A stretch of DNA of 64,000 nucleotides from Actinomycetota bacterium. GTDB lineage: Bacteria; Actinomycetota; Thermoleophilia; BMS3ABIN01. A program made the translations under genes and the position numbers. Location of the stretch: NCBI GenBank assembly GCA_023382335.1, contig JAMCPM010000011.1:65229-129228 (forward strand), read 5' to 3'. Every line of letters starts with the position of its first letter. Within the stretch, counting starts at the first letter, position 1. This document shows positions 1-10,267 of this stretch, piece after piece. The notes beneath the pieces were generated by a model. The model did not search any database, was not told the origin of the DNA, and worked only from the letters and a program-made list of their open reading frames with translations.

Positions 1-341
1 AATTCGCCGAGCCCGCGGCTGCCAATCACCAGCAGATCGGCCTGCTCGCGACCGGTGATGTCGATTATCGCCTCACCGATCTCTTCCACGGGATAATCCA
101 TCTCGACCACCGAACGGCTCCGGATGCCCCTGGAAGCCATCAAGGCAGTGGCGGCATCGACGATGCCAGCGGCCTTGTCACGGTTTTCGCCGTCGGGGTC
201 GAGCTCAGGGGTGCAAGCCGGGCATACATGGATGATCACTACTTCCTTGGCGCCGGTCGCATCCGCCAGGCTGGCGACGTGGTCAACCGCCGCTGTCGCG
301 ATCTCCGAGCCGTCCGTAGCTACGATGATTTTGTCGTACAT
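1..341 (-). CDS. Universal stress protein (UspA family), 5'-complete, 3' end beyond window start
   Basis: Minus-strand translation MYDKIIVATDGSEIATAAVDHVASLADATGAKEVVIIHVCPAC...LLVIGSRGLGEF matches the UspA fold; ATG at 341..339. Confidence 0.6.
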   Translation of the reverse strand, partial: MYDKIIVATDGSEIATAAVDHVASLADATGAKEVVIIHVCPACTPELDPDGENRDKAAGIVDAATALMASRGIRSRSVVEMDYPVEEIGEAIIDITGREQADLLVIGSRGLGE

Positions 342-437
342 GATCCCTCTTATACCCCCGTGAATTGGATTTGAATCTTCGCGCAAGATCTTGCGAGACT
401 CCCGGCAGATTCCCTGAATCGCCGCGGGCAGCGTTCC

Positions 438-3400
438 CTATTTGATGCTGCCAAGGCGGCGGATGGTGACGTCGGCCGTTTCACTTTCGAGCTTGACGGC
501 AGTGGTGGTTCCTTCGGACGGAGGCTCCGTATCGAAGGTCAGTTCGCGGCAAAGGGTCTCAGCCTTGAAGAAATCGGCGTAGTCGCGGGCTACCCCGGCC
601 AGCTCGCCGGCGCCGGAGATGTTGGCGGCGATGGTGTCCTCGATCTCAAAACCTGCGTCCTTGCGCAGGTTCTGGACTTTATGCACCAGCTCCCGCGCCA
701 GCCCCTCGCGGCGCAGGTCTTCGGTCACCAGGGTGCTGATGCCGACGGCCCGGCCTGCCTGGGCCTCGACCGAGAGTCCTTCCTTTTCGACTTCCTCAAC
801 CAGGATCTCGTCGCGTTGCAGGGTCTCATCGCGGCCGTCGACGGAGATGCCGATCTCGTCGTCAGTCTCGAGACGCGCCAGCGTGTGCTCCGGGTCCATT
901 GCGGCGATGGCGGCATCGACCTGCGGCCTTTTGGCGCCGAAGCGGGGGCCGAGTTTCTGCAGGTTCGGTTTGAGCACGATGCCGGCCAGCTCGCTGACCT
1001 CGCGCACGAAACGCAGATTTTTAACGTTGAGCTCGTCGAGCACCAGGTGCTCGAGCGCCTCGATCGCGGTCTGCTCCTTGGGGGTCGCCACCGCTACGGC
1101 CTCTGCCAGGGGCTGGCGGGTCTTGATGCCGGCCTTGTTGCGGGCGGCGCGGCCGAGGTTGATCACCCGGCGGACCATCTCCATTTCGAACAGCAGCACG
1201 GAGTCGATCAGGCTCTCGTCCCTCTCGGGGAAATCGCACAGGTGCACACTCTCGGGTGCCTCACTGTCGACCGAACAGACAAGATTACGGTGGATCTCCT
1301 CGGCCATGAAGGGAGTGTAGGGCGCCAGCAGCTTCGAGACCGTGACCAGGCATTCATACAGCGTCAGATAGGCGCTGACCTTGTCGGAATCCTCTTCGCT
1401 CTTCCAGAAGCGACGGCGGCTGCGACGGACGTACCAGTTGGAGAGGTCGTCGACGAACTCCTGGATCTGGCGGCCGCTGGCGGTGACTTCGTAATTATCC
1501 AGGCCGGCCCTGACCTCGCCGGCGAGCCTGTTGAGCGAGGAGAGTATCCAGCGGTCCAGCAGCGGCCTCTCGCTGACGGGCACCTGGTGCTCGAGCGGAT
1601 TGAAGCCGTCGATGTTGGCGTAGACGGTGAAGAAAGAATACGTGTTCCAGAGGGTCAGCAGGAATTTGCGGATGACCTCGTCGATGGCCTCGGGAAAGAA
1701 CCGCCGCGGGTACCAGGGCGAGCTGACCGTGAACAGGTACCAGCGGAAGGCGTCGGCGCCCTGCTTGTCGAGAACCTGCCAGGGCTCGACCACGTTGCCC
1801 TTGGACTTGCTCATCTTCTGGCCCTCGCGGTCGAGGATGTGCCCCAGGCAGACCACGTTCTTGTAGCTGGACTCGCCAAAGAGCAGAGTGCTCACAGCCA
1901 TCAGGCTGTAGAACCAGCCGCGGGTCTGGTCGATCGCCTCGCAGATGAAATCCGCCGGAAACCGGCTTCTGAAAGCCTCTTCATTTTCAAAGGGATAGTG
2001 CCACTGGGCCATCGGCATGCTGCCGGAGTCGAACCAGGCATCTATCACCTCGGTGACACGGGTCATCTCCTGGCCGCACTTCGGGCATTTGAGTTTCACC
2101 TCGTCGATAAAGGGTCGGTGCAGGTCGAGCCCGGCGCCCGGGTCCTTGATCGCCAGGGCATGCAGCTCCTCGAGGCTGCCGATGCAGTGGTCATGCCCGT
2201 TGTCGCAACGCCAGACCGGCAGGGGAGTGCCCCAGTAGCGCTCGCGCGACAGCGCCCAGTCGACGTTGTTCTCAAGCCAGTTTCCAAAGCGGCCGTGCTT
2301 GATATGCCCGGGGTACCAGGTGACCGATTCGTTCGCGGCCAGCAACTCGTCCTTGATGGCGGTGGTCTTGATGTACCAGCTGGCCTTGGCGTAGTAGATC
2401 AGCGGCGTGTCGCAGCGCCAGCAATGGGGGTAGGAATGCTCGTAGGGCACGTGCGCCCACAGCAGACCGCGTCCTTCGAGCTCGGAGACGATACCGGGGT
2501 CGGCGTCCTTGACGAATGTACCGGCCCAGGGCGTCACCCGCGGCTCGAAGACGCCTTCCTCGGTGACGGCGTTGATGACCGGCAGATCGTTCTGGCGTCC
2601 CACTATCAGGTCGTCGGCGCCGAAGGCCGGGGCGATATGGACGATGCCGGTGCCCTCGTCGGCGGAGACGAAGTCGGCCGTGACCACGAAATGAGCTTTC
2701 TTCTCCGGCGCGATGAAATCATAGGGAGCGATGTAGGACTTGCCTGCCAGCTCGCCGGCGCCGACTTCGCGTACGATCTCGGCATCCTCTCCTAAAACCT
2801 TTTCAACCAGTGCCTGTGCCATGATCAGGCGCTTTCCCCCTGATATTACTTCCACATAATCGATCGCGGGGCTGATGGCCGCGGCGACGTTGCTGATGAG
2901 CGTCCAGGGGGTGGTGGTCCAGACCAGCAGGGAGAGACCGGGGTCCTCGGCCAGCGGGAACCGGACATAGATCGAGGGATCCTCGACGGTCTTGTAGCCC
3001 TGGTCTACCTCGTGGCTGGAGAGGGCGGTGCCGCAACGGGCGCAGTAGGGCACCACCTTGTAATCGTGATACAGGAGGTCCTTGTTCCAGATCTCCTTGA
3101 GCAGCCACCAGACGCTCTCGATGTAATCATTGGTCAGCGTGTAATAGGCGTCGCCCGTGTCGATCCAGAAGGCGATGCGCTCGGTGAGCCGCTCCCATTC
3201 CTCCAGGTATTTATAGATGCTCTCACGGCAGAGCTCGTTGAAACGGGCGATGCCGATCTGCTCGATATCCTGCTTGCCGCTGATGCCCAGCTGTTTCTCC
3301 ACCTCGAGCTCCACCGGCAGGCCGTGCGTGTCCCAGCCGGCCTTTCGGGGTACGTGATAGCCGCACATGGTGCGGTAGCGGGGGAAGATATCCTTAAAGA

Positions 3401-3620
3401 TGCGCGAGAGCACGTGGTGGGAGCCGGGCTTGCCGTTGGCGGTCGGCGGCCCCTCGTAGAAAACGAATTCAGGGCCGCCTTCCCTGGCCTTGAGGCTCTT
3501 CTGGAAGATACCGTTCTCGCGCCAGAACGTGAGGATGCCCTCCTCGAGCGCCGGCAGGTCGACGCGCGGCGAGACCTTGCGATACAGATTGCCGTCTTGA
3601 TTTTCGTTATCTTGAGTCAC
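438..3620 (-). CDS. ileS: Isoleucyl-tRNA synthetase (1060 aa, type-2/eukaryote-like form with C-terminal Zn-binding extension)
   Basis: Full-length ORF with class I aaRS HIGH (PTANGKPGSHH) and KMSKS motifs, editing domain and C-terminal CPKCGQ zinc ribbon. Confidence 0.95.
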   Translation of the reverse strand: MTQDNENQDGNLYRKVSPRVDLPALEEGILTFWRENGIFQKSLKAREGGPEFVFYEGPPTANGKPGSHHVLSRIFKDIFPRYRTMCGYHVPRKAGWDTHGLPVELEVEKQLGISGKQDIEQIGIARFNELCRESIYKYLEEWERLTERIAFWIDTGDAYYTLTNDYIESVWWLLKEIWNKDLLYHDYKVVPYCARCGTALSSHEVDQGYKTVEDPSIYVRFPLAEDPGLSLLVWTTTPWTLISNVAAAISPAIDYVEVISGGKRLIMAQALVEKVLGEDAEIVREVGAGELAGKSYIAPYDFIAPEKKAHFVVTADFVSADEGTGIVHIAPAFGADDLIVGRQNDLPVINAVTEEGVFEPRVTPWAGTFVKDADPGIVSELEGRGLLWAHVPYEHSYPHCWRCDTPLIYYAKASWYIKTTAIKDELLAANESVTWYPGHIKHGRFGNWLENNVDWALSRERYWGTPLPVWRCDNGHDHCIGSLEELHALAIKDPGAGLDLHRPFIDEVKLKCPKCGQEMTRVTEVIDAWFDSGSMPMAQWHYPFENEEAFRSRFPADFICEAIDQTRGWFYSLMAVSTLLFGESSYKNVVCLGHILDREGQKMSKSKGNVVEPWQVLDKQGADAFRWYLFTVSSPWYPRRFFPEAIDEVIRKFLLTLWNTYSFFTVYANIDGFNPLEHQVPVSERPLLDRWILSSLNRLAGEVRAGLDNYEVTASGRQIQEFVDDLSNWYVRRSRRRFWKSEEDSDKVSAYLTLYECLVTVSKLLAPYTPFMAEEIHRNLVCSVDSEAPESVHLCDFPERDESLIDSVLLFEMEMVRRVINLGRAARNKAGIKTRQPLAEAVAVATPKEQTAIEALEHLVLDELNVKNLRFVREVSELAGIVLKPNLQKLGPRFGAKRPQVDAAIAAMDPEHTLARLETDDEIGISVDGRDETLQRDEILVEEVEKEGLSVEAQAGRAVGISTLVTEDLRREGLARELVHKVQNLRKDAGFEIEDTIAANISGAGELAGVARDYADFFKAETLCRELTFDTEPPSEGTTTAVKLESETADVTIRRLGSIK

Positions 3621-3797
3621 AGGTTAATCCGTGTTGGCGGTCCCAAAGCTTTGTTATTGCCTGAAAGACACTACAATATACGAAGACAGTGTGCACTTTT
3701 GCAACTTTGGGCAAGCGGCCTCCCGGCAGGGAAACAGCAACTTTGGCCGCGGAGCCCGAGGGTATATCATTACTGCTGATGGAAGGAAACAGCCCAA

Positions 3798-4278
3798 AGT
3801 GAGAGGCCGTAACAACATCGTGGTTTTTATCGCGGCGCTGGCGGGACTGCTGACGCTGCTGGGATTACTGACCTTCCTGATAGCAAGAAACAGTGGCGGG
3901 ACCGCGGGGGCTGACGGCGGCATCGAGGGGACCGGCGCCACGGGCCCCAGGGATCATTCCCCTCAGGATGCGCCGCAGGCGAAGTTTCTCAGCATCTTCG
4001 CGTCGAACGCGGATGGCAGCCTGGCCTCATACATGGTCGGGGGCAAGACTGAGGAGTTTGACGCTTTTGCCGCCGACGTGGCTTCAGCGCCGCCGGCAGA
4101 GGGGGTCAGCGACGAGAGCTTCAGCGACCTGCTGGTGTTTTCCTTTGGCGCCGGCGATACGCTGGAAGTCGCTTATTCGCGGAGCCGCAACCAGTTTATA
4201 CTTGGGGACAAGCTGTTCCAGCCCGCTGAAAACCTGGCGCCGATGATCTCCGACGTCGAGCAAAAATTCAACCAGTAG
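3798..4278 (+). CDS. Hypothetical membrane-anchored protein (single N-terminal TM helix, Gly/Ala/Thr-rich linker, extracytoplasmic domain)
   Basis: GTG start preceded by GGAAGGA; hydrophobic N-terminus IVVFIAALAGLLTLLGLLTFLIA; ends at TAG 4276-4278. Confidence 0.4.
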
Positions 4279-4308
4279 CTTCCCCGGACAGGAAGAGGAC
4301 TGATACAG

Positions 4309-5454
4309 ATCTCCATATATCTGGACAACGCCGCCAGCTCCTGCCCCAAACCGCCCGCTGTGATCGACGCCGTCGACCAGTGCCTGCGGGAGTGGTGCGC
4401 TAATCCCGGCCGCGGCGCTCACAAGACCGCTGTGGCCGCGGCCAGGGTCATATTTCATACACGTGAGAAAGCGGCGCGCCTGCTGAATGTCGCCGACAGC
4501 GCCAACATCATCTTCACGCAGAACGCGACCGATTCGCTCAACATGGCGATGAGGGGGCTGCTCTCGCCGGGCGACCACGTGGTCAGCACGACCGTTGAGC
4601 ACAACGCCGTGGTGCGCCCGCTCAGGGTGCTGACCGGCGAGGGGATCGAGGTGACACTGGTGCCCTCTGACGCAACCGGGCTCGTCGATGCCGATGCGGT
4701 GCTGGGGGCCGTCAGGGCTTCCACCAGGCTGGTCGTGCTGACGCACGCCTCGAACATCACCGGCGCCATCCAGCCTGTACCGGAACTCAGCCTCGCGCTC
4801 AGGGAGCGCGGGGTGCCGCTGCTGGTTGACGCCGCCCAGAGCGCCGGCACCATCGACCTCGATATGGAGGCGATGCCGGTTTCGATGCTAGCCTGCACCG
4901 GCCACAAGGGCCTGATGGGACCGCAGGGGATCGGGCTGCTTTACATCTCCCCCGACATCGAGTTGCGCTCAGCGCGTCAGGGAGGCACCGGCACCCATTC
5001 CGAGGAAGAACAGGATGCGCTGGCGCGCCCCGACCGCTACGAAGCGGGAACCATGAACACTCCGGGCATCGCCGGGTTGGGCGCCGGCATCGACTTCATC
5101 GAGTCTGAGGGCCTGGAAAATCTCAGGCGGCACAAGGAAGAGCTGACGCAGCTTCTCTATGAAGGCTTGCGCGGCATCCGTCCGGTCACCCTTTACGGCC
5201 CGCCGCCGGGGGCGCCAAGAGGGCCCCTGGTAGCCTTTAACGTGGGGGAGCTTCCATCATCCGAAGTGGCAGGAATTCTCGACAGCCGTTACGAAATAGC
5301 ATCACGGGCCGGCATCCATTGTGCCCCGGGAGCCCACCAGGCCATGGAAACCCTCAAGCGGGGGGCGGTACGCCTGAGCATCGGCCCGTTCAACACGCGG
5401 CAAGACATCGAGACAACCATCAACGCGGTCGCGGATATCGCACAAGGAGCCTGA
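4309..5454 (+). CDS. Cysteine desulfurase / selenocysteine lyase-like class V aminotransferase (SufS/CsdA-like); start codon uncertain (open frame from 4279, no in-frame ATG/GTG/TTG before conserved N-terminus)
   Basis: Conserved N-terminus IYLDNAASSCPKP begins at 4315, before any canonical start; SGHK PLP-lysine motif (ACTGHKGLMGPQGIGLLY); active-site Cys motif RAGIHCAPGAH near C-terminus. Confidence 0.75.
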   Translation: MSIYLDNAASSCPKPPAVIDAVDQCLREWCANPGRGAHKTAVAAARVIFHTREKAARLLNVADSANIIFTQNATDSLNMAMRGLLSPGDHVVSTTVEHNAVVRPLRVLTGEGIEVTLVPSDATGLVDADAVLGAVRASTRLVVLTHASNITGAIQPVPELSLALRERGVPLLVDAAQSAGTIDLDMEAMPVSMLACTGHKGLMGPQGIGLLYISPDIELRSARQGGTGTHSEEEQDALARPDRYEAGTMNTPGIAGLGAGIDFIESEGLENLRRHKEELTQLLYEGLRGIRPVTLYGPPPGAPRGPLVAFNVGELPSSEVAGILDSRYEIASRAGIHCAPGAHQAMETLKRGAVRLSIGPFNTRQDIETTINAVADIAQGA

Positions 5455-5458
5455 AAAT

Positions 5459-6499
5459 ATGACCGGCAACCTGCCTGAATGCACGACCCTCGCGGTAGGC
5501 ACCCTTCCCTATACGGATGCCGAGCTCGCGGTGGAGATGATGATACGGCACAATCCCGTCTGCCCCGGATGGCCGCAACTGCCCAGGATCGACTTCCGCG
5601 AGGGCATGTATATCCAGTTTTCCGAAGGGATGCCGGGTGCGGTGATCGAAGCCGACCGGCAGCGAATCTGGTTCGACCCGGAGCGCGCGCCCATGGAGAT
5701 GGCAGAATTCTACGGGCATTATCTGGCCGAGGATGTCGAATATTGCGCTATCTCAAGTGATTATGCCCGCGGCCTTGAGCCATTTCTCAAGCGGCTTCCG
5801 ATCGCCGGAGCGAAGTTCACCAAAGGACAGGTGACCGGTCCCGCAAGCCTTGGCCTGACGGTCACGGACGGCTCACAAAAGCCGGTTCTATATCATGACG
5901 ACCTGTTCGAAGCCCTGGTCAAGGCGCTTGCCTGCAAGGGCCGCTGGCAGGCTCAGAAGTTCCGTGAGGCAGCGCCCGATCAGGAACCGGTCATCTTCTT
6001 CGACGAGCCGTACCTGACGCAGGTGGGCTCGGCCATGATCAGCCTCTCGCCCGAACAGGTGAAGGGAAGCCTCAACGAGTGCTACGCCGCTGTCGACGGC
6101 TTGACCGGCACCCATGTTTGCGGCGGCACGGACTGGGGGATCCTTGCCGCCACCGATGTCGACATCCTGCATTTCGACGCCTTCGAACATATGCAGGAGC
6201 TGCTCATCTACGAGAAGGAGCTGGCGGCGTTCATGGAGCGGGGAGGAATGCTGGCATGGGGGATAGTGCCCACCGGCTCCGAATCGTTCGATGCCGGGGC
6301 GCGCGATCTGGCCGAACGGATAATGAAGGCCGCCGACAGGATAGCCGGTTTTGGTGGCGGTTTAGCTGCTGAAGACGTGCTGCGCAGGTCGTTCGTCTCA
6401 GAGTCATGCGGACTGGGCTCGCGGGACGAAAAGACCGCCGAACACTGCCTGGTTCTGGCCGGCGAGGTGTCAGATGCCTTGCAATCCCAAATATGTTAA
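5459..6499 (+). CDS. MetE-like (cobalamin-independent methionine synthase catalytic-domain family) putative Zn-dependent thiol methyltransferase
   Basis: ATG with AAGGAG RBS; N-terminal TLAVGTLPYTD resembles the MetE TTVVGSYPR motif; HVCGGTDW and SESCGLGSRDEKTAEHC resemble the MetE His/Cys Zn-binding segments. Confidence 0.5.
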   Translation: MTGNLPECTTLAVGTLPYTDAELAVEMMIRHNPVCPGWPQLPRIDFREGMYIQFSEGMPGAVIEADRQRIWFDPERAPMEMAEFYGHYLAEDVEYCAISSDYARGLEPFLKRLPIAGAKFTKGQVTGPASLGLTVTDGSQKPVLYHDDLFEALVKALACKGRWQAQKFREAAPDQEPVIFFDEPYLTQVGSAMISLSPEQVKGSLNECYAAVDGLTGTHVCGGTDWGILAATDVDILHFDAFEHMQELLIYEKELAAFMERGGMLAWGIVPTGSESFDAGARDLAERIMKAADRIAGFGGGLAAEDVLRRSFVSESCGLGSRDEKTAEHCLVLAGEVSDALQSQIC

Positions 6500-6581
6500 G
6501 CTTACTGGCGGTTCGGGTAGCGTTCCCCGTATGGGCGTGTGAAACAGAGGCCGGTCGGGGCGGTCCGGACGACAGAGTCAT

Positions 6582-7016
6582 ATGGATCTCAAGCTAGATA
6601 AAAACCTGCAAGCTCGCCTCAGAAGGGCTTTCGGGCAGTTTTGGAAATACTGCCTGGTCGGCGCCTCCGGTTTTATCATCAACCTCTTTGTGTTCTGGAT
6701 CATGGTCAACTATGCCGGAGCGCATTACCTCTTCGCGGCGACGGTTTCTTTCGCGGTTGCAGTCAGCAACAATTTCTTCCTCAACAAATACTGGACCTTC
6801 GGCAATCCCGCGGGCGACTTCTTTTCCCAGGCAGGGCGCTTTACCGTCATAAGCGTAACCAGTTGGGCGCTAAACCTTTTGATCCTGCGACTCCTCATCG
6901 AGGATGCCAACCTTGACAACCAGATCGTCGCCCAGGCCATCGCCATATCGCTGGTCACAGTACTCAACTTCTCCGGCAACAAACTGTGGAGTTTCCGGCA
7001 GACGACCGTCCGCTGA
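6582..7016 (+). CDS. GtrA-family polysaccharide-synthesis membrane protein
   Basis: 144 aa, four TM helices, FWKYCLVGASGFIINLFVFWIMVNYAG typical of the GtrA family. Confidence 0.7.
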   Translation: MDLKLDKNLQARLRRAFGQFWKYCLVGASGFIINLFVFWIMVNYAGAHYLFAATVSFAVAVSNNFFLNKYWTFGNPAGDFFSQAGRFTVISVTSWALNLLILRLLIEDANLDNQIVAQAIAISLVTVLNFSGNKLWSFRQTTVR

Positions 7017-8928
7017 GCAGCTGCGCCGGTCACAGTTTTTTCCGGTAAGAATCCTTCCGGTCATCGCCGGGGTCATCTTTCTAGCCTCTTGCTGGTTTGC
7101 GTTCCCCGGGACCGCGCTTGCCTCCGATCCCAGGCTGACCGAGCTGGAAGCCAAGCAGATCGCCGCTGCTTACGGCAGCGTCCAGAACGTCATCGCCAAA
7201 CACCCCGAACTCGAGCGCAGCGCCGCCTGGGACTCCAGCCGCGGCGTCTGGGACGTATTCTGGACCAATCCCGAGAACAGCCGCAAGCTCATCGACGTGC
7301 AGGTCGACGACGCCGCCTCGAAGGTGCTTACGGTTGACATCAAGACTGAAGCGTACGGCGACGTATTGCCGTTGATGACCGATAAGGAGGCGATAGCCGT
7401 TGCCCAGAGCGACGGCAGGGTAAGCGACTGGCTGGCCGGCAAGTCCGATGTCGATCCACAGGCCAGCCTCGGCGACAACCGCATCTGGACCGTCAGTTTC
7501 TATTCAGGTGGAAACAATATCGCCGAGGTGCTGATCGACGACACCACCGGGCTGATCACCGAGGTCAGGATCGGCCCGCAGGTTGCCTGGCAGATGGCCC
7601 GGGGCTACAATGGCGCTTTTGGCAGGATCATCAACGAGCCCTACATATGGCTGCCGCTATGCTTCCTGTTCCTGGCCCCTTTCGTCGACGTCCGCAATCC
7701 CTTCCGCCTGCTGCATCTCGATCTGCTGGCGCTGCTCTCGTTTACCGTTTCGCACTATTATTTCAACCAGGGCGACATCTTCACGTCGGTGCCTCTGACT
7801 TATCCGCCACTCGCATATATCTTCCTGAGGATGGGATACATGGCGCTCAGAAGGCCTTCCAGGGTGGAGGAGGGGGTGCCGGGCGGTGAAGGGTTGATGT
7901 CATCTACGCCGCGGCTGCATCTGAATTTCTCATCCAGGACCATCTTTATCGCCCTGATGCTGCTGCTGGTCTTCCGCATCACCATCAACGTGGCCGATTC
8001 CAATGTCGTCGACGTCGGCTACTCCGGGGTCATCGGCGCCCATCGCATCCTCGAGGGACAGACGCCCTACGGCAACATGCCGTCAGATGACAGCAACGGC
8101 GATACCTATGGCCCGCTCAACTACCTGGTCTACGTTCCCTTCGAAAGGGTGCTTCCCTGGTCGGGCTCGTGGGACGACCTGCCGGCGGCTCACGCAACGG
8201 CTATCTTTTTCGACCTGGCGGCCGTGGCCGGGATGTATTTTGCCGGCAGGCGCCTGGCGGCAAAAAATTCAGCCGGGCGCCGGCGCATCGGCCTGGCGCT
8301 TGCCTGGGGGTGGGCGGCCTTCCCTTACACGACCTTTGTGCTCAGCTGCAACGTCAACGACAGCATCGTCGCCGCTTTCCTGATCTGGGGTTTCGTCTTC
8401 CTCTCCAGCCTGCCCCTCGCGGGCGTGATGCTGGGCTTTGCAGCCTCGGTAAAATTCTTCCCCGCTATTCTGGGCCCACTGTGGGCTTCCTTCCCGCGGG
8501 CCCTCCGCGGCTGGGGTAAGCGGGCGCTGTTCGTGCTCGGGTTTATCCTGGCGGCGGCAGCGACAGTGCCGATCATCCTTTTGGGAAACGGCAGTTTCAC
8601 CACCTTCTGGGAGCGCTCGCTCAAGTGGCAGCTGGGGCGGGATTCGCCTTTCAGTATCTGGGGACAACATACTGATACGCTTGCGGGAGTGCAGCACGTG
8701 GGGCAATATGTTCTGATAGCGCTGGCGCTGGGGATATATTTCTGGCCGCCGCGAAAATCATACGTGCAAGTCGCGGCGGCGTCGGCGGCGCTGGTCACCG
8801 GTTTCGAGATCCTGTTGACACACTGGTTCTACCTTTACATACCCTGGTTCTTCCCGCTGGCGTTCATCGCTTTCCTGGGATGGACCATCAGAAGGCGCGA
8901 AAGGAGCGGCATTGCCGCCATGGTTTGA
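6904..8928 (+). CDS. Polytopic membrane protein with N-terminal periplasmic PepSY-like domains and GT87/DUF2029-like glycosyltransferase-type membrane core (start uncertain; 113-nt overlap with GtrA if ATG 6904 is used)
   Basis: RRSQFF signal-like N-region; two PepSY-like segments (AKQIAAAYGSVQNVI...; KEAIAVAQSDGRVSDW...); then more than 10 TM helices. Confidence 0.45.
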   Translation: MPTLTTRSSPRPSPYRWSQYSTSPATNCGVSGRRPSAEQLRRSQFFPVRILPVIAGVIFLASCWFAFPGTALASDPRLTELEAKQIAAAYGSVQNVIAKHPELERSAAWDSSRGVWDVFWTNPENSRKLIDVQVDDAASKVLTVDIKTEAYGDVLPLMTDKEAIAVAQSDGRVSDWLAGKSDVDPQASLGDNRIWTVSFYSGGNNIAEVLIDDTTGLITEVRIGPQVAWQMARGYNGAFGRIINEPYIWLPLCFLFLAPFVDVRNPFRLLHLDLLALLSFTVSHYYFNQGDIFTSVPLTYPPLAYIFLRMGYMALRRPSRVEEGVPGGEGLMSSTPRLHLNFSSRTIFIALMLLLVFRITINVADSNVVDVGYSGVIGAHRILEGQTPYGNMPSDDSNGDTYGPLNYLVYVPFERVLPWSGSWDDLPAAHATAIFFDLAAVAGMYFAGRRLAAKNSAGRRRIGLALAWGWAAFPYTTFVLSCNVNDSIVAAFLIWGFVFLSSLPLAGVMLGFAASVKFFPAILGPLWASFPRALRGWGKRALFVLGFILAAAATVPIILLGNGSFTTFWERSLKWQLGRDSPFSIWGQHTDTLAGVQHVGQYVLIALALGIYFWPPRKSYVQVAAASAALVTGFEILLTHWFYLYIPWFFPLAFIAFLGWTIRRRERSGIAAMV

Positions 8929-10222
8929 GACAATGAGGCAGAGGTTCGACAGTCTGCCCACCAGCAGGAAACGCTGGTTGATAACCGGCCTCTTCCTGCT
9001 GGCACAGCTGGTCATCTGGTCGGCGGTCTTCGAAGTATTCTGGTACGGCGACAGGTCGATCACCGATACGCCGGTCTACTATCAGTATGCCAGCAGGATC
9101 GCACAGGGCATGTTCCCTTACCGCGATTTTTCGCTGGAATACCCGCCGGTGGCTGTGCTGCTTTTCTCGCTGCCGCGGCTGATCTCCGGGCCGGACTATA
9201 CCTGGTTCGTCTTTGCTTTCGAGGCCGAGATGCTGGCCTTCAGCTGCGGCATCGTGGTGGTGCTCTCGATCATCGCATGGCGGCAGTGGCAGAGCATCGG
9301 CAAGCTGGCGGGAGTGCTGGGGACGTACACGATCTTTCTGCTCTGCCTGGGCTCCATCGTCGAGCTGCGTTTCGACCTGGCGGCGGCATTTCTCATCCTC
9401 GCCAGCGTCGCCTGCTTCATTACCGACCGGCGGCTGGCGGCGTGGCTGCTGCTGGGCGTCGGCATCATGACCAAGATCATCCCGGTGCTGATCGCGCCGA
9501 TCTTTCTCATCAGCCACTTCCGCCGGCGGCAGTACAATCAGATGATATCGGGGCCGGCGCTGATGCTGGTTGCCGCCCTCGCCATCGCCATTCCCTTCCT
9601 CATAGCCGCGCCGGAAGGTCTGGCGAACGCATTCCTCTATCACGTGGAAAGGCCGCTGCAGCTGGAGAGCACCTGGTCGACGCCGCTGCTGCTGATGGCG
9701 AAGTACAGCGGCTACAGCGTCTCGATCATGAACTCATACGGATCCCATAACGTTTTCTCCTCGTTGTCAAACACGCTGGCGATGCTGTCCGGCCCGGTGA
9801 CGATCCTGGTGATGCTTTTCAGTTACGGCGTCTACTGGAGGCGCAGCCGGGGAGACAGCCCCCTGCAGTGGGACAGTTCACAGGTGATCCGCTTCGCGGT
9901 CCTGACGATCGCGATTTTCATCTTCGGGGGGAAGGTCTTCTCGCCGCAGTTCCTGATCTGGCTATTGCCGCTGATCCCCCTGATCAAGGGCAGGGACCGC
10001 GGCCTGATCACGGGACTGTTCGCCGCAGTGCTGCTACTGACGCAGTGGGAATTCCCGGCACGGTACTGGGAGCTGTATCTGCTGCAGAAACAGATGGTTG
10101 TGGAAGTCGCGGCGCGGAACGTCCTCTTGGGCCTGCTGGTAGTGGTGCTGCTGGTCTCGACTGGAAGGCAGGGCCGGCTGGAGAGAGCTGAAGTCCCCGA
10201 AGCCGAGCGCGTGGCGGCCTGA
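8912..10222 (+). CDS. Polytopic membrane protein, GT87/DUF2029-like putative glycosyltransferase
   Basis: 436 aa, 10-12 predicted TM helices, paralogous in architecture to the preceding gene, which it overlaps by 17 nt. Confidence 0.45.
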   Translation: MPPWFETMRQRFDSLPTSRKRWLITGLFLLAQLVIWSAVFEVFWYGDRSITDTPVYYQYASRIAQGMFPYRDFSLEYPPVAVLLFSLPRLISGPDYTWFVFAFEAEMLAFSCGIVVVLSIIAWRQWQSIGKLAGVLGTYTIFLLCLGSIVELRFDLAAAFLILASVACFITDRRLAAWLLLGVGIMTKIIPVLIAPIFLISHFRRRQYNQMISGPALMLVAALAIAIPFLIAAPEGLANAFLYHVERPLQLESTWSTPLLLMAKYSGYSVSIMNSYGSHNVFSSLSNTLAMLSGPVTILVMLFSYGVYWRRSRGDSPLQWDSSQVIRFAVLTIAIFIFGGKVFSPQFLIWLLPLIPLIKGRDRGLITGLFAAVLLLTQWEFPARYWELYLLQKQMVVEVAARNVLLGLLVVVLLVSTGRQGRLERAEVPEAERVAA

Positions 10223-10267
10223 ATTGCCGGTCAGCGCAGCCTGATGCCGCGACGCGGGGTGCTGCTT

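Noticed and set aside
681-2795. 704-aa plus-strand ORF
   Set aside because: Entirely antisense to ileS; low-complexity Gly/Ala/Arg/Asp composition typical of reverse-strand frames in high-GC DNA.
3621-3797. T-box leader upstream of ileS, and the same check at 16153-16306 for serS
   Set aside because: Leaders are short (about 150-180 nt) and no T-box or specifier-loop pattern was recognisable by eye.
4084-4746. 220-aa minus-strand ORF
   Set aside because: Overlaps and is antisense to the cysteine desulfurase gene.
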